The notes beneath the pieces were generated by a model that saw nothing but the letters and a program-made list of their open reading frames with translations, had not been told where the DNA came from and made no database searches. Of a stretch of 64,000 nucleotides of DNA, positions 1 to 15,224 are shown piece after piece (position 1 is the stretch's first letter; each line of letters begins with the position of its first letter). The stretch comes from Octopus bimaculoides (lineage: Eukaryota): the NCBI RefSeq assembly GCF_001194135.2, contig NC_068998.1, positions 52,046,825-52,110,824 of the forward strand, read 5' to 3'. The position numbers and the translations under genes are program-made.

Positions 1-42
<42 letters not shown>
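1..42. repeat. (TA)n microsatellite; other long tracts at about 34455-34525, 42052-42140, 48405-48476, 51989-52050
   Basis: Direct reading. Confidence 0.98.
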
Positions 43-48
<6 letters not shown>

Positions 49-1032
49 GGAACATTATTATAATGTACCTCACCTTCTCCACCTCTATAATTAAGATCAC
101 TATTGTTACTATCACTACTATTGTTAGTTTTTGTATTAAAACTTTCAATGTTGGCTTCAGTGTTACTTCACTTCAACCATGTGAATCAAATTCAGGAACA
201 AGTTGTTTCAAAATAGTTTATTGTAAAGGCAAAGGCAACAGAAAATAATGGGTTTTTATAAGACACTAATGGAAGAAGTGGCTACTAATTATGACACGAG
301 AGACTTTACTGCTCCTTAGCAACGACATGTATACCACTTGGTTAATAACCAGAGGTTTTTTGTCATCTCTTACGCTCTGCTCTGTTATATACTGTACAAT
401 TATCCTGAGAAAATCAATTATTTTGCACTAGAAATCAATAGGTAGTATTTTGGAAAAATGCTCTTGTATATAAGTGAATGTTATCAATGTCTGTCTTTCC
501 CTCTTTTTTTCTTTTTATTGTTATCCATGTTTTCTGGCATAACATAGATGAGGAAAAATATATTGCTTATTTTCTGGAGAAATCCACAGAAAGGAACAAT
601 GTCATTCTTATGTTGCTTCATAGCGAATATTTGCTTAGGGTGATGGATTGGAAGAATTTGTAGAGTGATGGAATAATCTACCTTTGCAGCATTTCTTTGC
701 ATCCATTTATATTTTTGAGTTCAATTCCTGCTGGGGTCTGTTTTTGTATTTCATAGTGTAAATATTGGTCAAATATGCTTGAATCACTATAATGAACTCT
801 TCTCCATCCCTCCTTCCAAAAATTGTCATCTTGAACCTATGTCTTTTACTTGTTTCAATCATTGGACTGTGGCCATGCTGGGGCACCACCTTGAAGGGTT
901 TTAGTCAAACAAATCTCTAATACCACTTATTTCTGTTCAGTCTGGTGCTTATTTGATTTTTCATTTTTTTGCTGTACTGCTAAGTTAAGGAACATAAACA
1001 TACCAACACCGGTTGTAAAGTAATTGTGGAGG

Positions 1033-1075
<43 letters not shown>

Positions 1076-1080
1076 TATAT

Positions 1081-1225
1081 GACAGGCGTCCATACAGTTT
1101 TCTACCAGATTCACTGACAAAGTACTGGTTCGCCAGGAACTAGTAGAAGACACTTGCCCTGGGTGCTGTGCTGTGTAACTGAACTCAAAACCATGTGGCT
1201 ACAAAGCAAGTTTCTTAACCACGCA
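1081..1225 (-). mobile_element. tRNA-derived SINE family B (ggcaccttgggcaagtgtcttctactatagcc core)
   Basis: agtagaagacacttgccc..gaactcaaaaccatgtgg..ttcttaaccac on + strand. Confidence 0.75.
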
Positions 1226-1449
1226 ACTATGTTAAAAAACCATTATTTGCAGAATCAAATTTTCATGAAGTAACTTGCACATGGTACACAGGCATAGCTT
1301 TGTAATTATGAAGAATGCATCACAACCTTCTGGTTTCAGGTTCTATTCCACTAAACAGCATCCAATGTTTACCATTGTAGCCTTGGCTTCACACAGACTG
1401 TGATTGGTAATTTTGCCAACAGAAACTGCATGAATATTCGTTTGCATGG

Positions 1450-1595
1450 TTGGCGTTAGGAAGGGCATCCAGCTGTAGAAACTCTGCCAAATTAGATTGG
1501 AGCCTGGTGTAGCCATCCGGTTGCACCAGTCCTCAGTCAAATCGTCCAACCCAAGCTAGCATGGAAAGCGGACGTTAAATGATGATGATGATGAT
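1450..1595 (+). mobile_element. SINE-like family C with RTE-type 3' end and (GAT)n tail
   Basis: ggttggcgttaggaagggcatccagctgtagaaac..caacccaagctagcatggaaagcggacgttaaatgatgatgat. Confidence 0.85.
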
Positions 1596-2425
1596 TATAA
1601 GAAGTTAGAAACTTCAAAAGAATTGAAATAAATTATTATTTTTGTACTGGAACTTGATGTCTGTAAAACTAAAAATAACAACTTGTAAGAATATAGCGTT
1701 AAAACTTCTTTTAATGTAAACATCAAAATGAATAGAGAAAATCTGATATGTTGCTTTGGTGTAATGGTTAGCAAATCTGTCGTAGTTTCAGAAGGTGAAA
1801 NNNNNNNNNNNNNNNNNNNNNNNNNNNNNNNNNNNNNNNNNNNNNNNNNNNNNNNNNNNNNNNNNNNNNNNNNNNNNNNNNNNNNNNNNNTCATTGTTCA
1901 TGAATGAAAAACATCTGTCATTTGGTTTAATGCCATTGTCTGGTACTAGTGGCAGCCACTTGTAGAATTCAGTCTGTTGTATTTGAACCAGTCTTCCTTC
2001 TTAATTTAAACTATAGAACATGGTTTCTCCCTCCCTTTCCGTTGCCTGCACTTCAAAGCATTATCCTTTCTTCTCTAAGCTAAACCATTAAACAAATGCA
2101 CAGAATCAATGGAGCTCCTTTTGAATATTAAACTTGATTATAAGAAAAAGTCTTCCAAACACTGCAATCTTACCTGTGTTCATATAAATTATTTGTTGCA
2201 CAAGTAACCAAAGTTGGTGTTGTCTTCAGTCTCTTTAAAATATATACCAATTCCCACACGCAACTCTACTACTCCCACCCCTCCCACCCACCACTCTCTG
2301 ATTTGTGGCTTTGTGCCGTATTCGGGTCAGTTCTTTTGTTTTAGCTAAAATTGATGTTCGGAATGAAGCTCCTGCCAGCTAATTCATTCGCAATAAACCT
2401 GTATAATATTTCATTTATATTTTAG

Positions 2426-2622
2426 GCAACAGTACAGGTCGGTGGTCATGGAGAACGACTGACACAGTGTCAAGAGGTGAAGCTGACTACTTACAAAACA
2501 ATACCTATGCAAGTTGATGGTGAACCGTGCAAATTAAAACCTTCCACGATCATAATTAATCTTAAAAATCAAGCTAACATGATCCAGAAATGTAAGAGAC
2601 GTGGATCAATGCCAATACTTGA
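2426..2622 (+). CDS. DGKZ/DGKI: DGK exon: end of catalytic accessory domain ([65 protein letters not shown])
   Basis: tttag| acceptor, |gtaagt donor; close match to [22 protein letters not shown]...[14 protein letters not shown] is an RRxS kinase-site consensus (DGKI has KRRTS). Confidence 0.97.
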
Positions 2623-5600
2623 GTAAGTTCCCAATTTTTGTTATTTCATTCTTATGCATTTCTTTCTTGTTCTTGTCACTTAAAAATAACAAAGTCCACC
2701 AAAACTAGAAACTTTTAACCCTTTTGTTTATACACTGTCTTTGCAATGTTATTACCTGTTCGAATATGCTTGTTGCATGTTTGAGCTTGTAAACAAGCCA
2801 TTCACCATGTTTTGTCATGGAGAAAATTTCCCTCGATAGACAAATGGTGTCTTTATTTCAATTATTAAGCTGGTGTTTGGGACAAATTAATGCAAAATTT
2901 TTATGGGACGTTTTAATTAAAATCCTGTTGAAAAAACAGGAATTTGTATATCAGAACCAGGAGTAGTTTCGGGCAGGTTGCTATGCAACAAGTATTTACT
3001 TGACTCCTCTCGCTCATAGTTGTTGGGGTTCTGTCTTGCAAGGTCTATGCCTGTGCCATGTAAAAAGCACCCTGTGGCTGGTGGTGTTAAGAAGGGCATC
3101 CAGTTGTAGAAACAATGCCAAAACAGACAGTGGAACTTGGTGTAGCTCATGGCCCTGGTGTAGCTCCTGTCAAACCATCCAACCCACGCCAGCATGAAAA
3201 ACAGATGTTAAATGATGATGATGAAGTTGCACAAACCTACGAGTGAACCTGTTTGTGGTTGCTTAACTTAACTTGCTAGAAATAGCTGTGGAACTAATAA
3301 TCATGAATAAACTCCCTTTAGTCATAGGCCTGCTTGTTAAGGACTAATCTATGTACACAACTACTACAATAGCGAGAAGCTGTTCAACAAAAATGATTTA
3401 AAAGTTACTTATAGCTGCATTAACATCCCTATCATAAAATATTTGAAGCTATAGGAGCACCCATTCAAAAATCAGCATTTCAGTTGTTTCTGCAGAGTTT
3501 ATGGTCTTCACTTTTGTATTTTGTATTTATTTCTTGCTTTTGAATTGCAAAAAAGAAAAATTCAACCTTCAATATGTGATGAGCTATAAAGATCTCAAGT
3601 CCAGGAGAGGTTCTGCTACCTTTCAACATTAACATCTTTTTCAAATGTATTTCAAATGTATTTTAAAGTTATTTCTACAGATTTTGTATAGAAATTAGAA
3701 CCAACACTGAAAGTTAGGACAATTTGTATACAAATATGTCTAATGTAAACCATAAGATCAACGTCAGAAAAATAGGTAACAGGTGTACTGTAATTCCTCA
3801 CCATATCACGGTTCACCTATCGTGTACTCAGTACATTGTGGATTTTCTGGTTAATTTATATCACAGGCCCCTCAGTATATCGCAGGTTTCTGTGGCCAAT
3901 AGGTGTTTATATTTTTTTAGATTTTAATTATTTCTTTGGGAGGTTTTGGAACATAGCACCTGCAATAGTCGAGGGATTACTGTATATGCATATTTCAAGA
4001 GTTCTTGCTTGTTCTTTAGCCCCACAGAACAACCAGCCAGGAAAAATGCCACTTTAAATACTTCACTTGTTCAACCCATGCTAGCTTGGAAAATGGATTT
4101 GTATGTGTGTGTATATATATACTCATAACCAAACAAACACATATACACATTTACATAAAGGAAGGGTATTTAGTTCTGTTGTGAGATGAATGACAGATAA
4201 ATATTTCAGACAGGACCTTTCACTCATAATCCTGCTGATACAAATCACCATCACAATCCTTCAAGTTTTATGTCTAGTTGCGATGCCTGGGGGTGTGTAA
4301 GTATGTGAGTGCTTTGTGTGTGTGTGTGCGTGTGTGCGTGTGTGCGTGTGTAATGTTTGATTCTCTTAATCAATAGATTTACATCCTGGTATCGAGTGTG
4401 CAGTTTAATCCTTCCATATAAGGAGACGGCAACATTTTAAAGCATTTTTATCTCAGAGAATTTTATGACTTGAGTATTTCCTTTCTTTTTATAGTTAGAA
4501 TCGTTTACCAGAAATATTCCATTAAATCTGATTGGTTTTGGAAACAATATATGTAATACAGATACTTGAGATGCAGAATGCAAGTATACTCAGCTCTTAA
4601 TAGTGCTACAGGGGAGAGGAAGAGCATTTATATACATACATATAGACATATATACATATATATATATATATTTGTAGTTGTTTCATTGTCTTGGAAAATG
4701 CTTATCTTAATCTGTAACTATTTAATCAGTAAACATTTCTTGAACAGCAATAGAAAAATAAAATACGTAGAGGTTATTGTCCTGTAGATGGGAACTTTAA
4801 AAGGAAAAGTATTAGTTGAATGCTTTACTATAACATTGACTGTTATTTCAGTTCTCTGGAAGAATTAAAATAGACATGTGGAGAAAGTAGTGGACTGACA
4901 GCTGATATTTCTAGAGTTCAAACCTAGTGAAAGGCTTTCATTTTTTTAATTTTTTTTTTTAATTCTATGATATCTTAACTGTTTTGATATTAATCCACCC
5001 TGGCTTTTTCATACACATTTCATGCATTTAAATATATCCAAATTAATACCGTCCACCAAAAGTTGATGTTTATTTTTTCAAAAACCAGCTTAATAATGGT
5101 AAAGTTATCTTATCGAATTCTTTTCCAAATTATATGAAGCAAAAGCAGTGGATTTCTGCAGAAATACAGCAACATAAGGGTTCATTTATTTGATTATGAA
5201 GATTACTTACTAAGCTTTTCTGGAGAACATTACTTCCAAATTAATCCATGAAAAGATTTCTATGTTTTCTTTTTATTCATTTTATCAATATATCATCATC
5301 ATCTTTATATATATGTATGTATGTATGTATGTTTATATAAAGAGAGAGAGAGAATGGCTGCCATAGTGATACTTATCATGAATACTTCTGATGATAGTTC
5401 TTTCATTTTATGGGAAACGGTTGTTTAATTCTTCAATATTCCCATTGTAGTTTCACAGCACTTTACATGTAGACAATTGTAGATACTCCTTCTAACATCT
5501 AAAGTGAAACTCACTTTCATCATGGTACTAAAAGAATTTCCTAAAATTTCTTATCAACTCTTAGATCTTATAATGGTTTCAGAACATCTGTCCGAATATT

Positions 5601-6142
5601 TAATTAAGTCATTTTGGGATCAAAAGTAATTCTTGGTCTTGTTACTTTCGTTGTTCACAGGTATTTTCATGAGTTCAGCCTTCTACAAAAGTTCATAGAA
5701 ATAATGTACATGGTAACTTAGTGCTTATAAAAGTCTTTAAGTTTGAAGAATACAGATGAAATACAGATCTCTTCCTGTTGAAAACTACAGATAATTCCTT
5801 TGCTTCTTCTAACTTAATTTTATGTCTGACGCACAACAAGAATGGAATGTGGTGCAAAGAGAGTTATTATTGAAGAAAAACAATTCGTTGTGTATTATAT
5901 CATATAACAAAAAGCATAATCTATTTTTTTTGGAGAGTTTCTTCATTATTTTGATAAAAATATACACTGGAAATGTTTAAAATTGAGTAAAAGAAAAAAA
6001 AAAATATTCATTTTTGATTTGTATTGAAATTTGATTTGATTTGTTACGAAGAAATCAATATATAGTTGCTAAAAATGGCTTCAAGAGAAATTTACCATTA
6101 AACCTATATGGTATCGAGGAAATCAAAATAATATTGAGAAGA

Positions 6143-6180
<38 letters not shown>

Positions 6181-9100
6181 ATCCCAAGGCTGTAAAGATA
6201 CTTTTAAAATATATAACATTTTAAGATAAGTTTACAATGTCTTTAAGTGAAAAGAATAGATGTAAATATTAAATATATTTAATACCAAAACAAATTCCTG
6301 TAGTAAATTCATGATGTACTCTAGAGTTAGTTGCTATATCTAACATATTGTGATTAGTAGATTTTACTTGTTGATATCATTAATTAAACATTAGAAATGA
6401 AATAACAGTTAAGAAGTAATCTGAGACACAGAAATGCAACAACCAACTGATAGAACTCAAAGCCAGCTATAGATACATACATAGTTCAAATCCAGTCTGT
6501 GGCCCTACAAAAAAACACCTAGGCCTGTGCCAGTTAAAAAGCATCCAGTACAATCTGTAAAGTGGTTCACATTAGGAAGGACATCCAGCTGCAAAAAACC
6601 ATACTGAAACAGACAATTGGAGCCTGGTGCAAGTCTCTGGCTTGCCAACTCCTGTGAAACCATCCAACTCATGCCAACATGGAAAACAGGCATTATAAAT
6701 AGTGATGATGATGATTCTACAAGGAGGGTGTAAATTAAATTAATCTCAAAATATTACTGATATTAATATTACAGATGTAAAAGATATGTAATGCAGTGTC
6801 ATTAACATGCTCTGGTGGGATTTGAAATCACAATCTCGTACTATACTCCTCTACCCAATGCCACTACTCAATGTTATTCTACTGCTTTCTAGACATCTTC
6901 ACTGCTAACACTCTAGTCAGTCTTCCTCTTCAGACATCTTACACAATACTAACCCACTGCTTCTTTAGTTTGCTTACAATATCCTAACACCTCTGACATC
7001 TCTAATACTTTGTAGTTATAGAAATTGAAAAGATTCTAAAGTATTCAAATAGTTTCATTCCGGTGAGCTTTATCTACCTCTTACACATAGAATAACTATG
7101 ATACTTTGAAGTATCTTTCAATAACAAAGTTATCAGATATTGATTTCTTAGATATCAACAAATTGCTACAGTTGTAAAGTTGATGGCAAATGAAGTTAAG
7201 GTCTTTTGGAATCGTTATTTAAATTAAAGACAAGTTGAATATTTCATTCTTTGATTGCTTTACTGGTTTCAAATGTAAAGAAGTTGTGACAGCCCCTCTA
7301 ACCCCCTCAACATTACTCTGCCAAATGTAATGCTTGTTTATTTATGTTGTATGCAATATTTTGATGATATGAGGCGGTGAACTGCCAGAAACGTTAGCAC
7401 ACCGGGCCAAATACTTAGCAATATTTTGTCTGTCTTTACATTCTGGGTTTAAACTCTGCCAAGGTTGACTTTCCCTTTCATCCTTTCAGGATCAATAAAT
7501 TAAGTACCAGTTGCGTAGTGGGGTCGATCTAATTGACTGGCCCCCTCCCCAAAAATCTTGAACCTTGTGCCAAGAGTAGAAAAGAATATTTTGATGGTAT
7601 GGTTGTTTATTTTTAGAATGACATTGTTGGGTGGGTGCAAAAAGCCAGATCTAGATAGTTTGAACATAATACAGAATATTTGAGCTGGATGTGGCTGATT
7701 TCAGCCTGAGGTCAACAATAATACCTCTTGTGCTGAATTTGATAGATGGAAACTATGCGGAAGCTTGTTATGTGTGTGTGTGTGTGTGTGTGTGTGAGTG
7801 TGAGTGTGTATGACTTTTGCTGATGTGCATCGGTGAAGGATATAATCATTGGCACGAAAAAAAAGAATGGTGTTTTACAGACAAATTCCTTTAGGATATT
7901 TATTCTGTATTGAGTTACAAATACTCCCTTGTCACTCTTGTTACCAAAAATAAAGTAACTAATGAATCTTTTGGAGCTACCTAAAATATGACAGCAGTCA
8001 GCCAAGGTGCTGTGCTAGAGAATTGAACCCAGAAGTATGTAGTGGTTAAGTAAACTTCTCAACCAAAATAATTTAAAACAACATTCCAAAAGGTAACTGG
8101 AGGAAATGAAAAACCTTGTAAAGTTAATCCAGGTGACAAAACTAATTCTTAAATGGTTAACCTAGTTACTTTTTCTCCTATCTTATTACATTTGTATATT
8201 TTTCTCCTCGTTTTGTCACTTTTCGTTTTCAAGTGTCTTATACATGGAAATCTTTATTCCATGTATTCCATTGTTCTCATTCCATGTATTCCATTGTTCT
8301 CATTCCACTATGTCACAGAAAAAGAATACAACATACATGTCAATTTAAAGGTATTTAATTTCATTTTCATTAGTGGTAGGCATATTGGATTGGACTTTGT
8401 GTTAAATTTAATGATTGGGTTCTCAGGTGTTGCTATATGCATTGTATCCATACTCTCCACTGGTTCCATTGTCTTCACTGAAATTCTTTATCTTGAAATG
8501 GAAATACTATTCCATAGCGATATTCTATATCTTTTCCATTTTCTTCACACACAAGTTCTGTCATTCCTTCTTGTTTTATCAACTCTTCTGCTAAGAACCA
8601 GCATGTCATCCTCTTGTTATTTACCATAATTATTTTCAATAGTATTTTACACCTCAAACAAGTGAAGAACTCTTTCAGTCTTTTTTTTTCCTTTACTTTT
8701 ACATTTCTGTCAATTGTATCTCTTTCAATTTCCCTCCTCATCATTATCACTATCATCACTATCATCATCATCATCATCATCATAGCAAATTGGCAGAATC
8801 ATTACGGCTTAGCAATGTTTCTCCTGGCTCTTTACATTTTGAGTTCAAATCCAGCTGAAGTCAGCTATGCCTTTCATCTATCTGGGATTGATAAAATAAA
8901 GTACCAGTAGAGTACTGGGGTCAATGTAATCAAGTGACTTCAGCCCCTAAAAAATTGCTGGACTTCTACCAAACTTTGATACAGATGTGGTAAGCTGGAA
9001 AAATGTTTAGCATGACAGACAAAATGCTTATTGGCATTTTTGCTGGTATCATTTTCTGAGTTGAAATGTTGCCGAGGTTACCTTAGCCATTCATACCTCT

Positions 9101-9355
9101 GGGGTTAATAAAATGAAGTACCAGTCTAAAAAAAAACTGGGGCCAGTGCTATTGAATAACCCCGCCTAATTCCACTGAGGTCAACTTTGCCTTTCATCTT
9201 TTTCAAGGTCGATAAAATAAGTGCCAGTTGTGCACTGGGGTCAATGAAATATTGCTGGCTCTGTGCCAACATTTGAAACCATTGTGATGGTAGTAATAGT
9301 AGTAGTAGCAGTAGTAGCAGCAGCAATATCAGCAGCAAGAAGAAGAAGAAGAAAT

Positions 9356-9396
<41 letters not shown>

Positions 9397-11626
9397 CTAT
9401 ATTTAAAATACTTGCAATTTATAGAGTGGATGGGAATTGAACTCAAAATTACACAGTTGTGAAATCAGCTTCTCAAACCATACAGTGATGGGACAAAAAA
9501 AGAACAAAAATGAAAAAAACAAAATTATCAGTGATTGATTAACAGTATTTCTTTCTTCCGTGACTTGTTATTTCTAGTTAGCTTTTTAAAGCTTGCTGCA
9601 TTAAATATTTTAACAGTAACTTAACCAGTGAAGCCTGTATGAACAAACACAGTTGAACGCGACAGTTGTTACAATCAGTTGGTATTGGATTCATTGTCTG
9701 GCTTTGCATAAGATTCTTGATAGATTCTCATTGACTGCTTTTACAATAGACTGTTCTGGAGATGAAAGATTATTTAACGATAACAAGTGTGGAACTGCAA
9801 AAGAATGTGACAATTCCCAGCATGGTTGCAACTAACTGTCTGGCACCAGTGAAAGACTATATTCATCTTTTGTTTTAAAGTAAAAACAAAAACATTATCA
9901 GCTGAAGACTTATGAAAATCATTATCTTTCATTAACAACTAAAGGTGGCAGCACTAGTGGACATGTTTCACATTTGTTTTTTTGGGGTTTTTTTCTGTTT
10001 CTGTTATAATGTCCCTGTAACTTACCTAAGTATTGAGTCATTCCATAAATAATGCAGTTTTTTTTTATATATTTCTTTTATTCTTCAAAATTAAGATAAA
10101 CAAAGTTCTTTTTTAACCTAAAATATACTCTCCTTCATTTTCTACAATGCTCTTCCATCTATCTGGTAGACTTGCAAGGCCCCTCTTCCAAAATTCACTT
10201 GTCCGTGATGAAAAATACTTCTCCAGTATTGTTCTTACCTTGTCTAGAGAATTCATATTTTTTTCCGTCCAAATGGTTTTGAAGACTGTGGAATAAATGA
10301 CAATCACATGGAGCAATGTCCGGCGAATATGGTGGATGGGGCATCATTTTCCATTCAAACTGCTCCAGCCTTCAGAATGTCATCCTCGCTTTATGTTGTC
10401 GAGCATTATCCTGGTGGAAAAACACCTTTCATCTTGAAACCAAAGATGGTCGTTTTCCGATGGCATGCAGATGTCGGTGAATAGTTAAATGACCAAATCC
10501 AAGCTTCTTTGTTAGTTCCTCAACAGTTACGATGGGATTTTGTTCCACCAGGATTTGCAGGATGTTTTTATTGAGCTCTACAGATCTTCCAGGACAAGGC
10601 TCGTCTTCTAGGCTGTAGTTTCTAGCTTGGAATTTCTGGATCCATTGTTGACACTGGCTTACACTTATTTTCCGATCCCCATATACATGCTTAGCAGCAT
10701 TTTTCTGACTTTATGTTCTGAGTTCAAATGCCACTGAGATCAGTTTTGTCTTTCATTCTTTCAGGGTTGATAAAATAAGCACCACTTGAGCTCTGGGTCA
10801 AAGTAATTGATTTTCAGCCTCCTTCGTAATTCCTGTCCTTATACCAAAATTTGAAACCAATCTTAGAAGAGCGAAAGCAAAGTTGACTCCAGTTAGATTT
10901 GAACTCATAACATACAAACCAAAACTAAGTACCGCAATCATTTTGTCTGGTGCTCTGACATCTACAAATCTTCCATCTGACGTTGTTTTTATTTTGCCAC
11001 ATATGTTAGTATAGTTCAGCTATTTAATGTTCTAATCATTAGGTATGCTGGTATGCTTTCACCTACATAACTGTCTCATTATAATGCAGATGAAATCCAA
11101 GAAAAGATTAATCTGGTGTGCTTCATGTTATCTGTTATGTGTGACAAGTAACTCCGACACATTAGGCATGACTTTTCATTTGATGATCGGAATGAATAAT
11201 TAATATTTATTGATTTAATTTCTTGTCTTGCCATTGAGATGTTGTAAAGAGTATTCTGTCTAATAAATTCCAGTAATGTTTTGTTGCAACCAAATTAAGA
11301 GTTATAGGAGCACAATAGTTTGGTTATTTAGATGTCAGTATTTTGACTGGAAAGATAATGAGATCAAGCCTGATATTTATTTTTTTATATTTTTTTTTGT
11401 TTTTATTCTATATCATGTGTTTTTGTAAACATCAGCGTCGATTGGTTATAGGTTTCCAACAGGCCAGTCAATGGTCGGCTGTATTTCTAATGACAACTGT
11501 GACAAGAGATTATCCAAGCAATTCAGGCGGATTAAGTACCAAACATATTTTTATTCAAAACTAGTTTGGTTTTTATTTGTCTCCTTGAAAGTGGATTTGG
11601 TAGATGAAAACTTAAGAACCCCATCA

Positions 11627-11661
<35 letters not shown>

Positions 11662-14600
11662 ATAATTCCTTGTCTGGTTGTAAACAAGGGCTTGACTAAC
11701 AGAATCATTTGCTTGCAATCAACCATGGAAATACGTCTAGATGTCTCGACGTGTTGCGTGATCTTAGTAAGCAAAAGGTTCATTCATATAAGGCTGTATG
11801 TTTTTAGCTCTCCACATAAACATGTCCCCGCTGCTTGTTGTACAACAGACTGGAAAATTATTAGCTCACTTCAAAACAGCTTATGGTTGGTGACAGGAAA
11901 GGCATCCGACCATAGAAAGTTTTGTCCCCTCATCTTCTCTTATGATTCATGCAAGCATGGATAAGGAGACAGTCGTGGCAGATACTGGAGTCACACAAAT
12001 GGCACCCATGCCAGTGGCACATAAAAGCACCCATTACACTCTCAGAGTGGTTGGTGTTAGGTAAGGCATCCAGCTGTAGAAACCATGTCAAATCAGACTG
12101 GAACCCGGTGCAGCCCTCCAGCTGGCCAGCCCTGGTCAAACTGTCCAACCCATGCCAGCATGGACAACGGACACTAAATGATGATGATGATGTATATACC
12201 TTTTGTCTCATTAGTAAAAGTTACACACACACACACACACACACATTCTAAGCCCCTTCCTGTACTTCAGGCCATGTGAGAGATCTTCAGTCAAGATTGG
12301 TTATCCATTGGATATCAAGTGGTGTNNNNNNNNNNNNNNNNNNNNNNNNNNNNNNNNNNNNNNNNNNNNNNNNNNNNNNNNNNNNNNNNNNNNNNNNNNN
12401 NNNNNNNNNNNNNNNNNNGGGGGGGGGGGGACAAGTACATGTATATAGGACAGGCTTCTTTCAGTTTCCACCTACCAAATCCACTCACAGGGCTTTGATT
12501 GGTCCGAGGCTATAGTAGAAGACACTTGCCCAAGGTACCATGCAGTGGGACTGAATCTGGAACCATATAGTTAGGAAGCAAACTTTTTAACCACACAGCC
12601 GTGTCTGCACCATTGTCAATGTTGTTTTTTTTATTTTGTTTTTTGCATGTGTGTTTAATGAAGAATGAGTTTTGTTATTATATATTCGTTAACTTCTGTT
12701 TCTTTAATCTTTTCTTTAACAGTCCACCTCCAGCAAAGAGGCTAGGTATACAGGTCAGTCGAATCTGTATGTCAGACTATGAAGCATTACATTATGATAA
12801 AGATAAATTGCAAAGTGCATGTAAGTATCGATCTCCTTTCATCCATTGACCAACTTTCATTTCAGGGGTTTTCATATGTTTTATATTTTTTGGCAGCAAC
12901 TTTTTTTTTTTTTAATTGCTTTTATTTTCTCTTTTGACTTTGAAGTAGAAATACAGCATCTCTGGCCATTTGTTTCAGGGGTGAGCAGATAAATACTAAG
13001 ACTTCTCGGTCACTACAGTAAAACGGACAAAACTAAGTGCTGAGTTATCCTCAGCCTGGTGGCTGACGATGGTTCAAACCCTAGCATCTGAGTGGTTTCT
13101 TTAAAAGGAAACCAAAATTCAGATGATGTTAAACCAGTTAAGCAGATAACAAATTAAAGCTGAATCATAAATGTTTTTTTTCTTCTAAAAGTATTTCAGC
13201 TACTCTGATTGTTAATTAACCTAGTGTAGAAGTTTGGTGACAGTTTTTTCTCAACTACTACCTTGTCAGCATAATTTCAATTAAACCTGTTCGTACACTG
13301 ATTCATGATGGAGAATCTAGCCTGTCTAAATCTCTCAAATGATTTGCTTATAATCTGGTTATAATTTTTCAGATTCCCAACCCATCTTTTACCATACTTC
13401 TGTTGCTACGTACTATCTTTGTTGTAATTAATTTTGAAGATAACGAAGAATTTACTTGAATATCTATATCATTATTTAACTAGTGTTTGAAATATAAATT
13501 AACAAGGAAATTTTAATTGAAGGTTTTAATTAGACCAGTTTAAAAGATAGAATTTGAATCATAGAATTAGGGTCAGTCTCAGGCTGGTTGGTACCAAAAG
13601 AGTTAAACAGCAATTTTTTTGTTTCTAAATAACCAATTTTGACCAGTCTGGGTCTATATTTGAAGACATTTACCCAAGGTGTTGCACTGTGCAACTGAGT
13701 CCAAAGCCACATGGCTGAGAAGTGAACTTCTCAACTCAGTTGGTAATCTTAACCTACTCCAACTGGTCTGTGGACATTTTTACTGGACTTCACTCTGTCA
13801 CAAGCATTCGGGTCAGGTTACAATCATCAATTTGAGGATGACTTCCTCACTTCCACTTACCAATTTCATAAACCCCCAAAAAAGGAAATGAATCTTGGGT
13901 GCTAGACCCCCACACCCATCAAGCAGTAACAAAAAAAACAGAAAGCTATCAGTTGGGACCAAAAGTCTGCAAATTACTAGTGTAAATGGGAATGTCAAAA
14001 ATATTTCCATTTAAGATGAGATTAATAGACCAAAATATAATAATCTTATTAGAATCTAGCACTTTATTGCAGCATACTTCATTAAATCTATTAACGATTG
14101 GGTTTTAGTAATCTAACGAGAGGTTTTTTTTTTCAGTTTTATTGAGATTTGCTTTTTTGTTTTTAATATATGTGATAAAATTCTCATGTTCCAAACATTA
14201 GAGATGAGAACTGTAGCGGCGGTAGTGGTGGTTATGGTAGCAGTAGTAGTGCTAGTATTAGCAGCAGCAGCAGTAGTGGTTGTAATTATGGTAGAAGAAC
14301 TAATAACACTACTGTTAACATAGATTATTTTTTATTTTTTTATTTTTTATCAAGGTGTTGAGCTGGCAGAATTGTTAGCAAGCCAGGCAGAATGCTTAGC
14401 AGCATTTCGTCTGTCCTTACGGTCTGAGTTCAAATTCCACTGAGGTCGACTTTGCCTTTCGTCATTTCAGGATCAATAAAATAAGTACCAGTGATACACT
14501 GAGGTCAATGTGATTGACGAGCTCCCTCTTAACATACTTCAGGCCTTGTTCCTATATCACCGTCATCATCATGGCAGCGGATTTGTTGGATTGTTAGGGT

Positions 14601-15189
14601 GTTGTAGAAAATGCCTTGCAGTGTTTGGTTTGGGTCCTTACATTAAGTGCATAAGCACCTTTCATCCCGTCAGTTGATAAGGTACCAATCAACTATTAGG
14701 TTCTCTGTAAACAACTGTATCCCTCTCCTTCAAATTTCTGACAATCGTCGATGTCAGAAATAATTATTGCTATTATTAGACACAGACGTGATATTAAGTT
14801 TGCTTGCCATCCACATGGATCTGGGTTCAATCCCACTGTGTCTCACTTTAAGCATCTTCTGTTATAGCCCCAGGCCAATCAAAGCTTTGTGGGTAGATTT
14901 GATAAACAGATACTGAAACAAGTGTGTGTGTGTGTGTAGAAGTAAGAAACAAAGTTAGGCAAATCAAGTTCATATATACATTGCATGATAGTTGTTACTG
15001 AGTGTCACCATCAAACAAACAGTGTCTTTCGTTTTCAAACTTCTGTGAAAGTGTGCCTGGAAGCAGGTAAGGGTTGGGAAGAGGTAGAGTATCTAGCCGT
15101 AAACAGTCTGCCTCAACAAATTATATCCAAGCGTGGAAAAGTGGTCAATAAATGTTGATGGTGATTCTTGTTGTTAGTAGTAGTAGTAA

Positions 15190-15224
<35 letters not shown>

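Noticed and set aside
8255-8305. Short tandem duplications (23 bp here; cttcaaaatata x2.5 at about 32890-32925)
   Set aside because: Local slippage products with no spacer structure; not CRISPR-like.
8153-8783. ORFs of 158 aa (+) and 102 aa (-)
   Set aside because: Low-complexity, driven by T-rich and (CAT)n sequence; no splice context or recognisable motif.
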